Below are positions 25,201 to 38,610 of a stretch of 64,000 nucleotides of DNA, in pieces. Every line of letters starts with the position of its first letter. Position 1 is the first letter of the stretch. The DNA is from Callorhinchus milii. Taxonomy: Eukaryota. The translations under genes and the position numbers were made by a program. The stretch lies in assembly GCF_018977255.1 (NCBI RefSeq), contig NW_024704742.1, positions 111,726,001 to 111,790,000 of the forward strand, in the 5' to 3' direction. The notes beneath the pieces are model-generated. The model made no database searches, was not told the origin of the DNA, and worked only from the letters and a program-made list of their open reading frames with translations.

Positions 25201-25924
25201 GCACTTGGCAACAACTAACATAACCACAAGACAATGGCCCCACTGAACCTATCTCTGAAGCACAACAATTAGAGTTTTCTCTGCAAAGTGGAGCCTGGCA
25301 AGTATCTATTTGGTAAACAATACCACATTCTAAAATGACTTGAATTAAAAATTATAATTAACGTTTCTTCCTGGAATGAGTCAACTAATTTATCTGAGAA
25401 GATTTTATCTGCCTGTTGTTGCAGTTCAAGTTAACCAACAGTAGCAGAGATATCTCTACTTAAAAAAAGACAGAAACACAGGATGTAAGCTATATAATTG
25501 AAAGAAGAAAGTACTGACCACAGGCACTACTGAACTGCAAACTCACAAAACTCTTTTCTGTTTTCTTTCCATCCAGGACTGGTGAATACATTGCTGGTAT
25601 CCACCCAGGTCCACACCCTTTGGTTCTTCTGCCAAGCCTTTGGTAGCTACTGGTTCAATGCAGATGAATGCAAGGTACTGAGTACAGGAAATGAAACTGA
25701 GAGACGTATGCCATGGTATTCCACGGATGGGATAAAACTTGCCAAAGGGAAAGTTGAAATAGAGCTAGGAATCTGAGTTGACTTGTTGCTCACCATATTT
25801 AAACAGTGTGAGGTAGAAATAAGAAAGGCAAATAGGCTGCTGGGCTATATTGCCCAATCAGTTGAGTCAGCTCCTCAGAGGTCATCATTAAGCTGTGTAA
25901 TATTCTGTTTGGGCTGTATTGGCA

Positions 25925-27910
25925 GACATCAGCCTGGCTCACTTGGTAGCACTTGCACCTCTAAGTCAGAAGGTTGTGGGTTGAATTCCACCTTGGGATT
26001 TTGACTCAGTCTAGGCCAGCATGCCAATGCAATGCTTGGTTTAATGTCTCTTCTGAAGGACAACAATGAAATCCTGGAGCAGCATTGCATTGCTGTCTTT
26101 TGGATGAGACATTAAACCAAAATCCCATCTGTTTGTTGATGTTGATGTTAACGATCCTATGGCATTATTTCAACAACAACAGGATTCCATTTATAGAGCG
26201 CCTTTCATGTCGGGAGGACGTCCCAAGGCGCGGGACAGTTGGGTCAGGACCCGAACAAGGGGGAAAATGGTCAGGGTGAGGGAAGGGAAAGGAGGGAGCG
26301 AGGAGGGGGGAAATGGTCAGGGTGAGGGGAGGGAAGGAAGGGGGCGAGGAGAGGGTAGAGAGTTGAGAGGGGAGCTGAAGGCATAGTCAAAGAGAAAGAT
26401 CTTGAGACCGGCCTTGAAGGAGGAAAGGGACAAAGCAAGGATAGAGTTCCAGCGCCTAGGGGCTGAGAGGCTGAAGGCCCTGCCACCGATGGTAGGGCGG
26501 CTGGGGCGGGGGATGTGAAGCAGACCGGAGCCAGAGGAACGGAAGGTATGGGCAGGTAAGTAGGGGAATAGTAGGTCAGAGAGTAGGAGGGAGCAAGGCC
26601 GTGAATGGCCATGTAGGCGAGGATGAGGATCTTGAATTCGATCCTCTGGGGAATGGGAAGCCAGTGGAAGTGAGCGAGGGTGGGAGTGATGTGGTCGCGA
26701 AGCCTGGTGCGGGACAGTACACGAGCTGCAGAGTTCTGAATGACCTGCAGCTTGTGGAGGGAGGTGCCAGGAAAGCCGGCGAGGAGAGAGTTCCCATAGT
26801 CCATCCTTGAGGTGATAAAGGTGTGGACCAGAGTTTCAGCAGCGTGAGGGGTGAGGTATTGCCGTAGTCTGGCGATGTTTCGGAGGTGATGGAAGGCGGT
26901 GCCAGTTGTGGTGCGGATATGAGGAAAAAAAGACAGCTCAGGGTCGAACAGAACCCCGAGGTTCCTGATTGGCTTTGAGAGGTAGAGAGTGCAGCCTTGG
27001 ATGGTGATGCTGTCAGCGCCAGAGTGCGGAGGCGCTGACACCAGCCAATCAGGAGGGCCTCGGTTTTACGCACGTTGAGCTGAAGAAAGTTGTCTCTCGT
27101 CCAGGACTCGATGTCAGACAGGCAGACTGTCAGGACATCGGTGGTCATGGAGTTGAGGGTAAGGAGGAAAAGTAGAGTTGGGTGTCATCCGCATACATGT
27201 GGAAGTTAACCCCATGTCTGCGGATGATGTCACCAAGGGGGAGCATATAGAGGGTGAAGAGGAGGGGACCGAGGACAGAGCCCTGAGGGGCACCGCACGA
27301 GACAGTGCGGGGGCTGGAGGAAAAGCCGTTTGTGGAAACAAAATGAAGACGGTGGGAGAGGTACGACCTAAACCACTCAAGGACAGGGCCTTGAAGGTTG
27401 AGGTGGGAGGACAAGCGGTGGAGGAGGATAGCGTGGTCGACCGTATCGAATGCCGCCGATAGGTCGAGGAGGACGAGGAGGCAGAGAGAGCCCTGGTCGC
27501 AGATGGTCAGGATGTCATTGGTGACCTTGATCAGGGCAGTTTCTGTGCTATGGGTAGCACGGAAACCCGACTGAAGCGGTTCGAATAGTGTATGGGTGGA
27601 GAGGAAAGAGCGCAGCTGGGAGGCGACAACTCTTTCAAGGACCTTGGACAGGAAGGGACGGTTGGAGATGGGCCGGTAGCTTTCACTTTCAAAAGTGAAG
27701 GGAATTTCTCCGGGTGTACTTACCCAATCACCCAGATTCAATTTGTCACTGGTCATTTGTGGCTGTTTGTGCGACATTGCTGTGCATAAATTGGCACAAA
27801 CTTTGTTCACCGACAAAATAGTTACTACAGCTTACAGGAAACTCTGGCAAGTGTTTTAAGATGTTCTTCCAACGTGAAAGGTGTTTAGCAAATGCGAGGA
27901 TTATTAGTAT
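25925..27910 (+). mobile_element. Old Deu-domain SINE split by the 26171-27682 L2
   Basis: Head and core at 25925-26170; the remainder (gggaatttctcc...gacattgctgtgcataaattggc...aggattatt) at 27687-27910. Confidence 0.75.
26171..27682 (-). mobile_element. 5'-truncated L2 LINE (RT to tail, frameshifted) nested in an old Deu-type SINE
   Basis: ORF pieces 27145-27816 and 26271-27041 closely match the protein of the 50.7 kb copy. (CAA)n tail at 26171. Confidence 0.95.
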
Positions 27911-28809
27911 TTATTATAGATTAATGAATCTTTAAGAATATAGGAAGAAGAATTCTTCACTGCAGTTGACTGGCAGCTTTCCTGCAAAAACTTACTCATC
28001 TAACTTTTTCAACTCTTTCATAAGATTTGTGTAAAGATGTCTTTTAATTCTCCTCGGTCTTGGCATTTGTGCTTGTGTGTCTTTTAAGGCTATTAATAAT
28101 CCTTGTATTTTGATAAAGTGCCTTATCACGTCTTCACAACATCTCAAAGAGTTTCACAGGGTATACTGTGTACTTTGTGGGTGAATCACTCTGCCTGTCA
28201 ATAAACTCATTTTAGTTTAATTTTCTAAAGCTTATGTTCCATTGTAACATTTTGTCTTATGATACAGATTGGGATGCAGTTGGAGTCAATGAGATACAAT
28301 AATAATTATCAAATATTGCATGGTAAAGTCCTGAGAAAAAACAATAGAAAAGATATATGTTACCGAAAAAAGGGCACAGTCCTAGTTCCTAAAAGGTGAT
28401 ATGCTTTTAGATTTTGTATGTATTCCTTAATATAAGAAAGATTCCTCAAAGGCTTTTGAGTTATAACGATTATGATCTATGAATCTACTGTTGAGGTCAA
28501 TCAAAATAATAACTCAAATGGTTAATAATAATTATCATCCTCGATTGACAAATACAGCCTAAAAGTATGATGATGATTTGCGAAACATGATTTTCCCATT
28601 TTATGGGCAACATAATTTATTTTTAATACTTCATTCATTACGTGGATTTTGAGGAATCTCTCCTCTGACAAATCTCTATCATAATGATATTCTGTGCACA
28701 GTTTCTTGGACTTTCCCACAATGCTTCTAATAATGGGATAAATCCTGAAAAGTTTTAAGTTGGACACCATTGTCTATATATTTGTGTCCTTGCCTGGTTC
28801 TAATCTTAC

Positions 28810-30229
28810 CTTTCCCATCGTTTGCACTTCGTGTTCACTAACGTCATCTCCTCTAGCCCCAGTACTGTCACATGCGGCATCCCGCAGGGCTCTGTCCTTG
28901 GTGCCCTCCTCTTCAAAACGTACACCCTCCCACTCTGTGATGTCATCCACAGGCATGGGGTCAATTTCCACATGTATGCGGATGATACCCAACTCTATCT
29001 CGACGCCTCCAGCCTCGACTCCAGGACCACGACTGTCCTGGTTAATTGTTTGTCAACATCAAGTCCTGGATGAGAGCCAACTTCCTCCAGCTGAGTTTTG
29101 GGCAAGACAGAGGCCCTCCTGCTTGACTTCTGTCAGTGCGTCCTCACCTCAGCCACTGGCACTATCACTATTCATGGCTGCACTCTTCACTTCACCGAGC
29201 CAATACGGAACCGTGAACCTCTGTTTGACCCTCAGCTATTTTTCAAGCCCCACATTCGTGCCATGACCTGTTTCGCCTTTCCTGAACTCCACGACATTGC
29301 TCGCCTCTCACCACAGGCCACCGAGACCCTTATCCATGCTTTCATCACGTCCCAGCTTGACTACGCCAATTGCCTGCTTGCTAGACTTCCCAACTCTTCC
29401 CTTCACAAGTTGCAAATTATTCAGAACTCTGCAGCTCATGTCCTCTCCTGCACCAGGCTCCAGGAACCTATCACCCCCATTCTTGCCCTTCTTCACTGGT
29501 TCCCCATCCCTCAGAGAATCGAGTACAAAACCCTCATTCTCATCTTCAAAGCCTTCCATGGTCTCATTCCTTCCTACCTCTGCGACCTCCTAACACCATA
29601 TCTGCCTGTCCACTCCCTCCACTCGGCGGACACCTGGAGTCCTGTAGCTCAGTGGTTAGAGCACTCGCTTTGCAAGCGAGAGACCTGAGTTCAATTCCAG
29701 GCAGGGTGAAACCTTGGGCAAGTTTCCTTACTCCACACGCCTAATAATAATCCCTCCAAAACAAAACAATAATAAATTGGTCATTTTCAATCTACGACTG
29801 TTTGTGGGACATTGCTATGCGCAATTGGCTGCCGCGTTCACCCACAAATATACAGTCAATTCACTTTACAGTATATTCTGTGAAGCGCTTTGAGACGCCC
29901 TCCCGACGTGAAAAGCGCTATATCAAATGCAAGGATTATTATTTTTTATTACACCGGCCTGCTTCAGGTCCCCCGCACTTCCCTACCCACAATTGGAAGT
30001 CGAGCATTTAGTTTCTCTGCCCCCACACTCTGGAACTCTATTCCGCAAACTCCCCGTCGCACCTCCTCTCTTGCCTCCTTCAAGTTCCACCTGAAGAGCT
30101 TCCGCTTCAACTGTGCCTTCGGCCATCCTCCCAATCCCACCCCACCCATCCCCTCCACCCCTGCCACCCACGATTATCCATTGGCTTGGGAAGTCTTTCG
30201 TTATACAAGTATAATTTGTTGTTGTTGTT
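28810..30229 (+). mobile_element. Degenerate L2 copy interrupted by a SINE
   Basis: PQGSVLG, YADD, LDYANC and LHWFP motifs in ORFs 28822 and 29098; (TTG)n tail at ~30217-30228. Confidence 0.9.
29635..29950 (+). mobile_element. tRNA-Ala-derived SINE, short subfamily, inserted in an L2 with TSD ACACC
   Basis: ACACC at 29630-29634 and 29951-29955; the L2 sequence rejoins when the SINE is removed. Confidence 0.95.
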
Positions 30230-30764
30230 TAAACCATATACGAGAAACAACAAAGTCTTAACAACAACAACTTGCATTTCTATTGCGCCCTGCACATGTA
30301 ATAGCATCTTGGAGCACTTGAAGAATATAAGATCAACACTAAAAGAATAAGGCAGGGAAGATGGATTCTTTTTTTACATACACATAGACAGTGTTAGAAT
30401 ATGGGGGAGGGTTTACCAAGAAAAACTGTTGAATTTAAGTTAATCACAGCATGTGAAAGGGAACTGAAGAAAGATGATATTAAAGGGTACAGAAAAAGAG
30501 CAGAGGAATAGAATTATGGTAGATATCACAAGACTGGGAACAAAGTTGAGTACAGATGTGGTGGGCTGAATACCTCCTTCTATGTTGTAATCATTCTACA
30601 ATTCTATACAGTCAGATGCAACTTAATAATCCTTGCATTTGATATAGCTCTTTTCACATTGGTAGGACGTCTCAAAATACTTTACAAGTTATATTGCAAA
30701 GTGTAGTGACTGTGTATTTTTAGGCAAACTTTATACACTTGTAGTATTTTAATCCTTTATAATG

Positions 30765-31940
30765 GCCTCTTACTTTTTCCCTTTTTCCCTCTCAACCTTC
30801 ACTTCACCCCCTCCTGCTCTACCTCTGTTAACTTCTCCTTCCTCCTCTCCTCCCTCAATCTCTCCCTCCACATCCACTCCTGCACCCACGTCCAGGGTCA
30901 TCCCCTCGATCTGGCGATCACCCGGGGCCTCACCATCTCAGACCTCACCATCACCGACAAAACCATCTTGGACCATTACTTCATATTCCTTAACTCCTCA
31001 ATCCTTTTCCCCACTGCCACCCAACCCACCTCCATCTCCTACTACCCCTGGAAAAAAATCTCCCCCACCTCTCTCTCTTTGCTACCTTGGAGTCATCTAA
31101 ACTCCTCTCCCTCTGGGCTTCCTCCCGCAATGACCTATGCTCCTCGGTCACTCTCCTCCACAACTTTCTCTCCACCACTCTTGATGCCCTTGCTCCTTTC
31201 ACTTCCCGAACTACCTCTTACACACAGAAGTCACCCTGGTACACTAACTGCCTTTCTGCTCCCTCAAGGGTGCGGAACACACCTGGCTCAAATTTAATTT
31301 AATGGCCCATCGCCACTCCCTTCACAAATCACTCCAATCGGGTTTCCGTGCTGCCCACAGCACAGAAACAGCTTTGGTCAAGGTGACAAATGACATTTTG
31401 TCCATCTGAGGCCAGGGCTCCTCTGCCTCCTCAACTTCCTTGACCGCTCTGCTACCTTCAATAACATTGACCGCTTACTCTACCCTTCTCCAAAGCCTCT
31501 TATTTCACCTCAACCTCCATGGTTCTGTCCTTGAATGGTTCAGATCCTACCTCTCACACCGTCTCCACTTCATCTCAACAAACTGTTTCTTTTCTTGCCT
31601 CCGCACCGTCTTGTGCAGTGTTCCTCAGAGCTTCGGCCTGCTTCACATCCCTCAACTTGTCCACCCCACCATTGGCAGGTGGGCCTTCAGCCACTCTGCC
31701 CCCACCCTCTGGAACTCCATCCCACAAGCCTTCTGCCTCGCCCCTTCCTTTGCCTCCTTCAAAACTCCTCTCAAGACCCTTCTCTTCGACTGTGCCTTCG
31801 ATCACCCTCCTTCCCCTCCTGCCCTCCACTTTTCCCAATCCCGACCCCCAGCTCAAGTCTGAAACACTGATTGTCCAGCGCCTTGGGATGTCCTCCCTAT
31901 GTGAAAGGCACAAAACAAATGTAATTTTGTGGTTGTTGTC
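30765..31940 (+). mobile_element. Internally deleted L2 copy (endonuclease C-terminus, RT start, 3' end)
   Basis: PTHVQGHPLDLAIT...DH-like segment at ~30880-30985; QSGFR/HSTETAL at ~31335-31400; then a jump to the GRWAFS region and tail after ~31628. Confidence 0.8.
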
Positions 31941-31961
31941 GTAACTAGAATTAATGCAGAA

Positions 31962-32321
31962 TGGTGTCTCAGTGGTTAGAGCACTTGTCTTGCAAGCGAG
32001 AGACCTGGATTTGATTCCCAACAGGGTAAAATGTTGGGCAAGTTTATTTACTCTGCAAGCCTCTATGTACCTAGCTTTAAGTAAGAGCCCAGTTGTTAGT
32101 CAATTGGTGGATCACTTTTCCAGGGGTAATAATTCCTTAAAAAAAAAAAAAAATTTGTCACTTCAATCCATGACTGTTTGTATGACACTGCTGTGCGAAA
32201 TTGGCTGCTGCATTTCGCCCACAAAATATACAGTCAATTCACTTTACAGCACATTCTGTGAAGCTCTTTGAGACTTCTTGAAGACACGATAAGGCGCTAT
32301 ATCAAATGCAAGGATTATTAT
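31962..32321 (+). mobile_element. tRNA-derived SINE, long subfamily
   Basis: ctcagtggttagagcac head, internal block, caaatgcaaggattattatt tail. Confidence 0.85.
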
Positions 32322-34939
32322 TTTCTCTTTAGATAAATAACATAATCCCTACATTTAATACAGGAAGCTTCTTCAAAGCACTTCACAGGATTTAACTGTA
32401 AATTGTAGTGACTGTGTAAGTTATAGCTGGACACAGAAGCCAATTTACGCAATGTTCCACAAACAACCATGGATTGAATGACCAATTTTATTTGGGGGAT
32501 CGTTGACCAGGACTCCGGAAGAAATGTCCTTCTCTGCCCACTTCCCCAACTGTGCATGTTCAGTAGTGGTGAGGTTAACAGCAAAACAACAGGAATTACA
32601 TGTTCCCACAAACAATTTGTACTCTCCTGAAATGGATATCTTAAACTCTCTCATCCTTCTATGACAGACCTCTCTAGGGTAAAGGTTACAGCAGCTTTAT
32701 GGTGTCACAAACGGCACAAACAAATCAAAACCACGACTCAAATCGCAAGTAGCCCTTAAAAATGTGTGGGTTTCCCCCTCCCTGAACTTTATTATAACCT
32801 TCAAACATTGTGGATATATCATGATTATTAATATGAAAGCATATTCCAGAGTTAACACTCTCAATGTGGAGCTAACCATGACCGTGGCTTACACCAGCAA
32901 ACAACCATGTAAAATCTGTTTTCCTGTGCTTTTGTTCTATTGGTTTAGCTGCCAGCTAATAGAGAGGTGCTACCTGGTGGAATCAGAGGCTGGGAGCGAT
33001 GAGGTGAGAGCAGGTAATTACTTTATTATTTATTGATGCTAATTATGGAATAGAACTATCACATTTACCTACAAAACCAAGAGTGGCTACAGAGTTTTTT
33101 GCATTAATTCCTGTGAATTGTTTTGAGACTGCTTTTCTGTCGTGAAAAGCGCTGTATAAAACACAAGGTTTGTTTATTTACTTAGGTAATAAGCTCATAA
33201 CATTTCCTAAAGCCATTTCTGTGTTATTTAACACAAGGCACAAGTAAAGACTTACTGCAAATTTTGCCTGAATGTTTCTGTTATTGCACCAGGATGAAAA
33301 TCATACAAGAGCCACGAGGCATTATTGGATCAGCAGAATACAACTCTGAGGATCAACTGTGTGGCTTTAAGTGGAAAATCAATGCAACAGTCAGCCCTAG
33401 TGCAAGCAGTGATCTTTGTGACAGTCACAAATAATAATAAGCCTAAAGAGGAAGCTGGTTTTCCCAAACAATATAGTTGCCACAATCAAGCGACCGCATC
33501 TAGTAATCTGGTCTCAAGAAGCAAAATGAGTGGACATTGCAAAACCTCATAATCTGCTGGGAGGATCAAAGACGTCAACAGCTAGAAAAACGAAAGCAGA
33601 AAAGACTTTGAGGTGAACAATTCATCAACCCTTGGAAAGTCAGATGCTTTCAAATACACAGGCACTAGATGTGTCAAAAGTTATCTATAAAATGCATTGA
33701 GATATTGTGACCTAGAGGTGCTATACTAAATATGAGAATTATTCTTAATATTATAAATCAGAGAGGAAACCCATTTGTATTTTCACCATGGGTTGGGCAA
33801 ACATGAGAGTTAGAAGACAAGTGTCAAGGACATCATTTGGATAGATGTATATATAAATCAAGTACTGGCTATCAGAGCCAGAATTTGTTTGTGGAAAAAG
33901 TAATACATCAATTAAATCGGAAATGAATACAGTTATACACAAAACTATTATAACATATATACAATTTGATTTTTAATTAAGAATCCATTGTGTATTAATC
34001 TTGTCCTGAAATATTCATGTCCAAGATGCAATAGACAATTAGTAAGTGGCAATATATAATGAAGGAGGTTGCTAGGGAGACTGGGTGGCACATTGGGTAA
34101 TCATACTGGTGTTTTACCTCCAGGATCTGTGTTGAAATACAACTCAGGTTGATGAGGCAAATGTAATCTTCCTCTGCTCTCTTTAAGGATCTGATATGAA
34201 ATAAATTTTGAAATTCTTAGAGCATTGTGAACATTTCCACTTGTCCGAGAATTGCTGTCTCTGAGGGACATCAATGAGCATGCTCCTTCTTGGCTGTAAT
34301 TTCTCTTATCAATGTAAAGAACAAAGTGAAACTGCATCTTTTAATCTCTGATCTTTTAATCTTGCAAAGAAAAGAGGCGGAAGGCATTTTAAAAGATATA
34401 AAAATGTAAGAAAGCCGGCACAGGCACGATGGACCGAATGGCCTCCTTGTGTGCTGTAATATTCTATGAAAGAGGATTCAATGAATTTTTGAACTACGAA
34501 TTGTATTGTAATCATACTAAATACCATATTGTTTGTCTGGAATGAGATGGGAATCTCTGCATCTTCACTTTATTTTATTTCAAATAAACTTCAACAAAGA
34601 AGCTGCTTATCTTTTTGTTCTTATTCTGTATTGTACACCACACTGTTATACTGAAGTATATTCCTCAAGTATCTAACTGAAACGGAAGCAGCTCCTTGCC
34701 CAATGTATTCTATGAACATCTTCTTTGATGTTCGGTTCTCTCGTATTGCAGACTCTTGAGTCATTTTCAAGAATTCTCAAGCTCTTTGGGATGTTTTCCT
34801 GATGTGAAAGGATCTATATAAGTGTAAATTGTATTGTCCAAAGCTGCAGGTTATTTCACAATTGCTCCACTTGCATTGAATTTTGACTACAGTCAACAGC
34901 ATTTGTAAAGTCACGTTTGTGATTTTTGTTTTCTTTCAG

Positions 34940-35098
34940 GGGCCGATAGTACCAGTCAGGAATGTTCAAACCACATTGCTGGTATGTATTGGATGGGCGT
35001 GGATCTTAGCTAACCAAAAGGCAGCCCGTGCCTCCATAAGGAGCCGGAGGAACTGCTTCATAGAGCCAAGAATCCCCAACTGGATTGTTGCATTAATG
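34940..35098 (+). other. Candidate internal exon of an unidentified transcript
   Basis: tttttgttttctttcAG acceptor, G|GTGAGT donor, 159 bp, open in one frame; no protein recognised. Confidence 0.3.
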
Positions 35099-35275
35099 GT
35101 GAGTTGCAGTTTGCATATACTGCATTGGGAACTTCACTGTAAAATCCATGAATGGGATATCACAAATCTCTAGCTGCCAAAGTCCAAAAAATGAGGCAGT
35201 AAGCAAAATGCATAGGCACAGGTTCAGGCTTGTACTAAGTTCAGGCTTGTACTTAGCCCAAGCCTGAACCTGTAG

Positions 35276-35861
35276 AGGCTTGACTCTGCAAGCTCATTGC
35301 TTGTCAGCCTTCCCAACTCCTCCCTCCACAGGCTGCAGATAATCCAGAACTCTATAGCCTGTGTCCTCTCCCGCACCAGGCTCCGTGACCCTATCATCCC
35401 CATCCTCACCTGACTCCACTGGCTTCCCATCACACAGAGAATACAGTTCAAGTTCCTGGTCCTCACCTTCAAAGCTCTCCATGGTCTTACTCCCCCCTAC
35501 CTCTGCGACCTCCTAACCCCCTACCATCCTGCCCGCTCCCTCCGTTCAGCGGGCTCTGGCCTGCTTCACATCTCCCGCCTCGCTTGCCCCAATATTGGTG
35601 GGCGGGCCTTCTGCCACTCCGCCTCCACCCTCTGGAACTCCAGCCTGCATTTCCTCCACCTCGCCCCCTCCCTTGCCTTCTTCAAGACCCATCTCAAGAC
35701 CCTCCTCTTTGACCGTGCTTTTGATTTCCCTGCTTCTCCCCCTGCCCTTCACTTTCCCCGATCCCAACCCCCAGCTTGGGTCTGAAACTCTGTCTATCCA
35801 GTGCCATGAGACACACTCCCAATGTGAGAGGCCCTATACAAATGTAATTTTGTTGTTGTTG
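35276..35861 (+). mobile_element. L2 3' fragment
   Basis: Similar to the C-terminal part of the other L2 copies; ends aatgtaattttgttgttgttg. Confidence 0.88.
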
Positions 35862-37819
35862 TACTATTTTACATTATCCCGCTGGCTCTTTTTTCAGTCT
35901 TTCTCATCTTGGGAATTGAGATTTGCTATTTGTGAATCTCGCTATCCAATACTTGCAAACTTCTAATTCACAATTAATGCAATAAATGCAGGTCACAAAT
36001 GTCTCTTTTTAAATCTCTTGGGTGTCACTACTTCCAGAGGCGTGGAGAATAGAGCATAAGAGAAGTCAGCAATCAGAAAAGGTCATTCAGCCCCAAAGCT
36101 CATCAATCTGGTTCATTAAATCTTCCATTCTGGCATCTAATTGTATTATGAATGCTGAATCTCTCTCAATGCATCACTAAAGGTGCACTCCATGCTAAAG
36201 AGGCAACAGAACAACTTTCTTGACCTTGCAACCCTGTCACTAACGTTAGAGCTATTGCCAAAGGCAGCACTACAGATGCTTATTGTAGTCTTGATCTGTC
36301 CCATATTCTGAGGCAAGCAAGCCTGTTATGTACATTAGCTACCTGGCTTCAGGCAGCATTCAAGAGTTCAGGTGTATATCCTAAATATATCTCTCAAGTG
36401 TATATTGTTCCAGAGTGCTCCACTGTCCATGTGGAAGTGACAACACTTTGCCACTGAATACTGAATGTTACCTCTGATTGTTGCATTTTTGTGTGTTTCA
36501 ATATGGTTTGGGGGTGAAATTGCAATTGATGATTTGTTAATTATCACAATGTTAACATTGTGGCTAATGCAGGTACGTTGATAAATTAAAGTGTTTCTCC
36601 TCTGCCCCCATTATACACAATTCTACATGGGACTGAGAAAGTAAATCCAAAACAATACGTTCAGGTAAACTGAAGCAGCAGAACAATCAGGCCCAGGTTG
36701 AGGAATATAAAAGGAAATTTCATGATGGACACTAGGAAATATTTCTCTACACGGAGGGTAATTAACTACTGAAATGGGGTGCCAGGAAGGATGATTATGG
36801 GCTTGGCCTTGGACTCATTTAAGAAACAGCTCGATGCTGTAATTGGATGATAGTAGGGTGGATATTCTGGAAAGACCGGATGCAATGAGCTGAAAGATCT
36901 TCTGAATCAGAATTTCTTTTTACAGCTATAGCTACAATTTCAACATTGTGATTTTCTGATGATAAAATTGGTCACTCACCCATGGCTGTTTGTGAGACAT
37001 TGCCATGTGCAAAATTGACTGCCACATTTGGCCACAAAGTAACCACAGTCACATCACTTTGCAGTGTATCCTGTGAATCATTTTGAGGTGTCTCGATAAT
37101 GTGACAAGGCGTTATGTCAAATGTGAGAATTATTAATATAATTATGATGGGTTGGATCCAAAGCTCACCAGTGGCACCCATTGGATATACCAGTATTTTT
37201 TCGACCGGTGATTAGTGAGACACCAGATTTATTCTGATATTTTTTGTTGAATTAAACTGGAACACCACTAACTGAAAGTACAATGGCAAGCACTACAGAC
37301 TAATTTTGAGACCAACCATTGTGAATGAGTTGAAATGGGGACCAGTCCTCACTTATTGACTGATTACATTGGCTGCATTTATCAATGATCAATTCTGATT
37401 AGTTTTGTAGTCTATTTGATAATTAACACCAATGTTAATTCATCTGTGTTAATTAGCTGATCACAAGTCAGCCATTTGTTCTCTAAATTGGTGATTTCAA
37501 ATGCTGGTTCCAGATTTTAATTTGCATTATATTATTTGCAAATGTAAAAGAGTCTGGATGTCATTTGTCCTTTCAGTCATCTCTTGGCAACAAGCACTTG
37601 CAAAACACATCAACATTTATTTTACATACATTAACCTCACAATGATTTGATCAGAATACTTTGCAAAACTAAATCATTCACATTTTGGCCATGTGCTATT
37701 TGATGTTTGTAGTTTATTAAAATAATGTTCCTCCTCCAATTTTTCTCCCACATCTACTGGGATGTTATGTGTCAGCACCTCTCCTGTACCTGACGCAAGT
37801 AGTCTTTCTCTATCCTGTC

Positions 37820-38059
37820 TATAATATAATCCTTGCATTTGGTATACTGCTTTTCACATTTTCTAGACTTCTCAAAGCACTTCACAGAATATACGTAAAG
37901 TGAATTGACTATATATATTTAGTGGGCGAAACGCGGAAGCCAATTGTGAACAGCAGTGTCCCCCAAACAGTCGTGGATTGAGTAACTAAATTAATATTTT
38001 TTTTCTTGAGGGATTATTATCAGGTGTGTGGAGTAAGGAAACTTGTCCAAGGTTTCGCT
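37820..38059 (-). mobile_element. 5'-truncated SINE, short subfamily
   Basis: Tail and body match the family; the tRNA head is absent. Confidence 0.8.
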
Positions 38060-38284
38060 CTTATATATGTGTATATATCATTGTTTCTTTCTTATCACTG
38101 GCCAACCCCCTTACCTTCCTCACTCTCCCTTCCTCCCCTTTCCCTTGCTCGGCATACGACATTGTCCCTGTAAAGCTTTCCGAGATATTACCTTACATGA
38201 AGGGCACTATAAAAATGCAAGTTGTTGTTGATTGCTTTCTCCCTCCATACCCCAGGATAAAATGGCTGATTCACTTCAGTATCT

Positions 38285-38610
38285 CTTCCTTCTGCTCAGC
38301 AGACTCTGGCCTGCTCCATGTCCCCCACCCGGCTGGTCCACCTTATCATTGTCGGTCGGGTCTTCAGCTTTTCTGCCCCACCCTTTGGAATTCTATCCCA
38401 TACTCCTTATGCCTCGCTCCCTCCCTTGCCTCCTTCAAGGCGCATCTCAAAAACCTCCTCTTCGACTGTGCCTTCGGCCACCCTCCTACCCTCCCTGTCC
38501 TCCACCATCCCCGATCCCGACTCTCAGCTCGGGCCCAAATTACTGACAGTCCAGCACCTTAGAATGTCCTCCCGACGTGAAAGACTCTATACAAATGTAA
38601 TTTTGTTTTG
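38285..38610 (+). mobile_element. L2 3' fragment
   Basis: ccctttggaattctatccc...cctcccgacgtgaaagactctatacaaatgtaattttg tail. Confidence 0.85.

Noticed and set aside
29635..29710. tRNA-Ala(UGC) gene-like cloverleaf, repeated ~10 times in the window
   Set aside because: Always fused to the same body and tail, with imperfect acceptor and T stems and no terminator; these are SINE heads, not tRNA genes.
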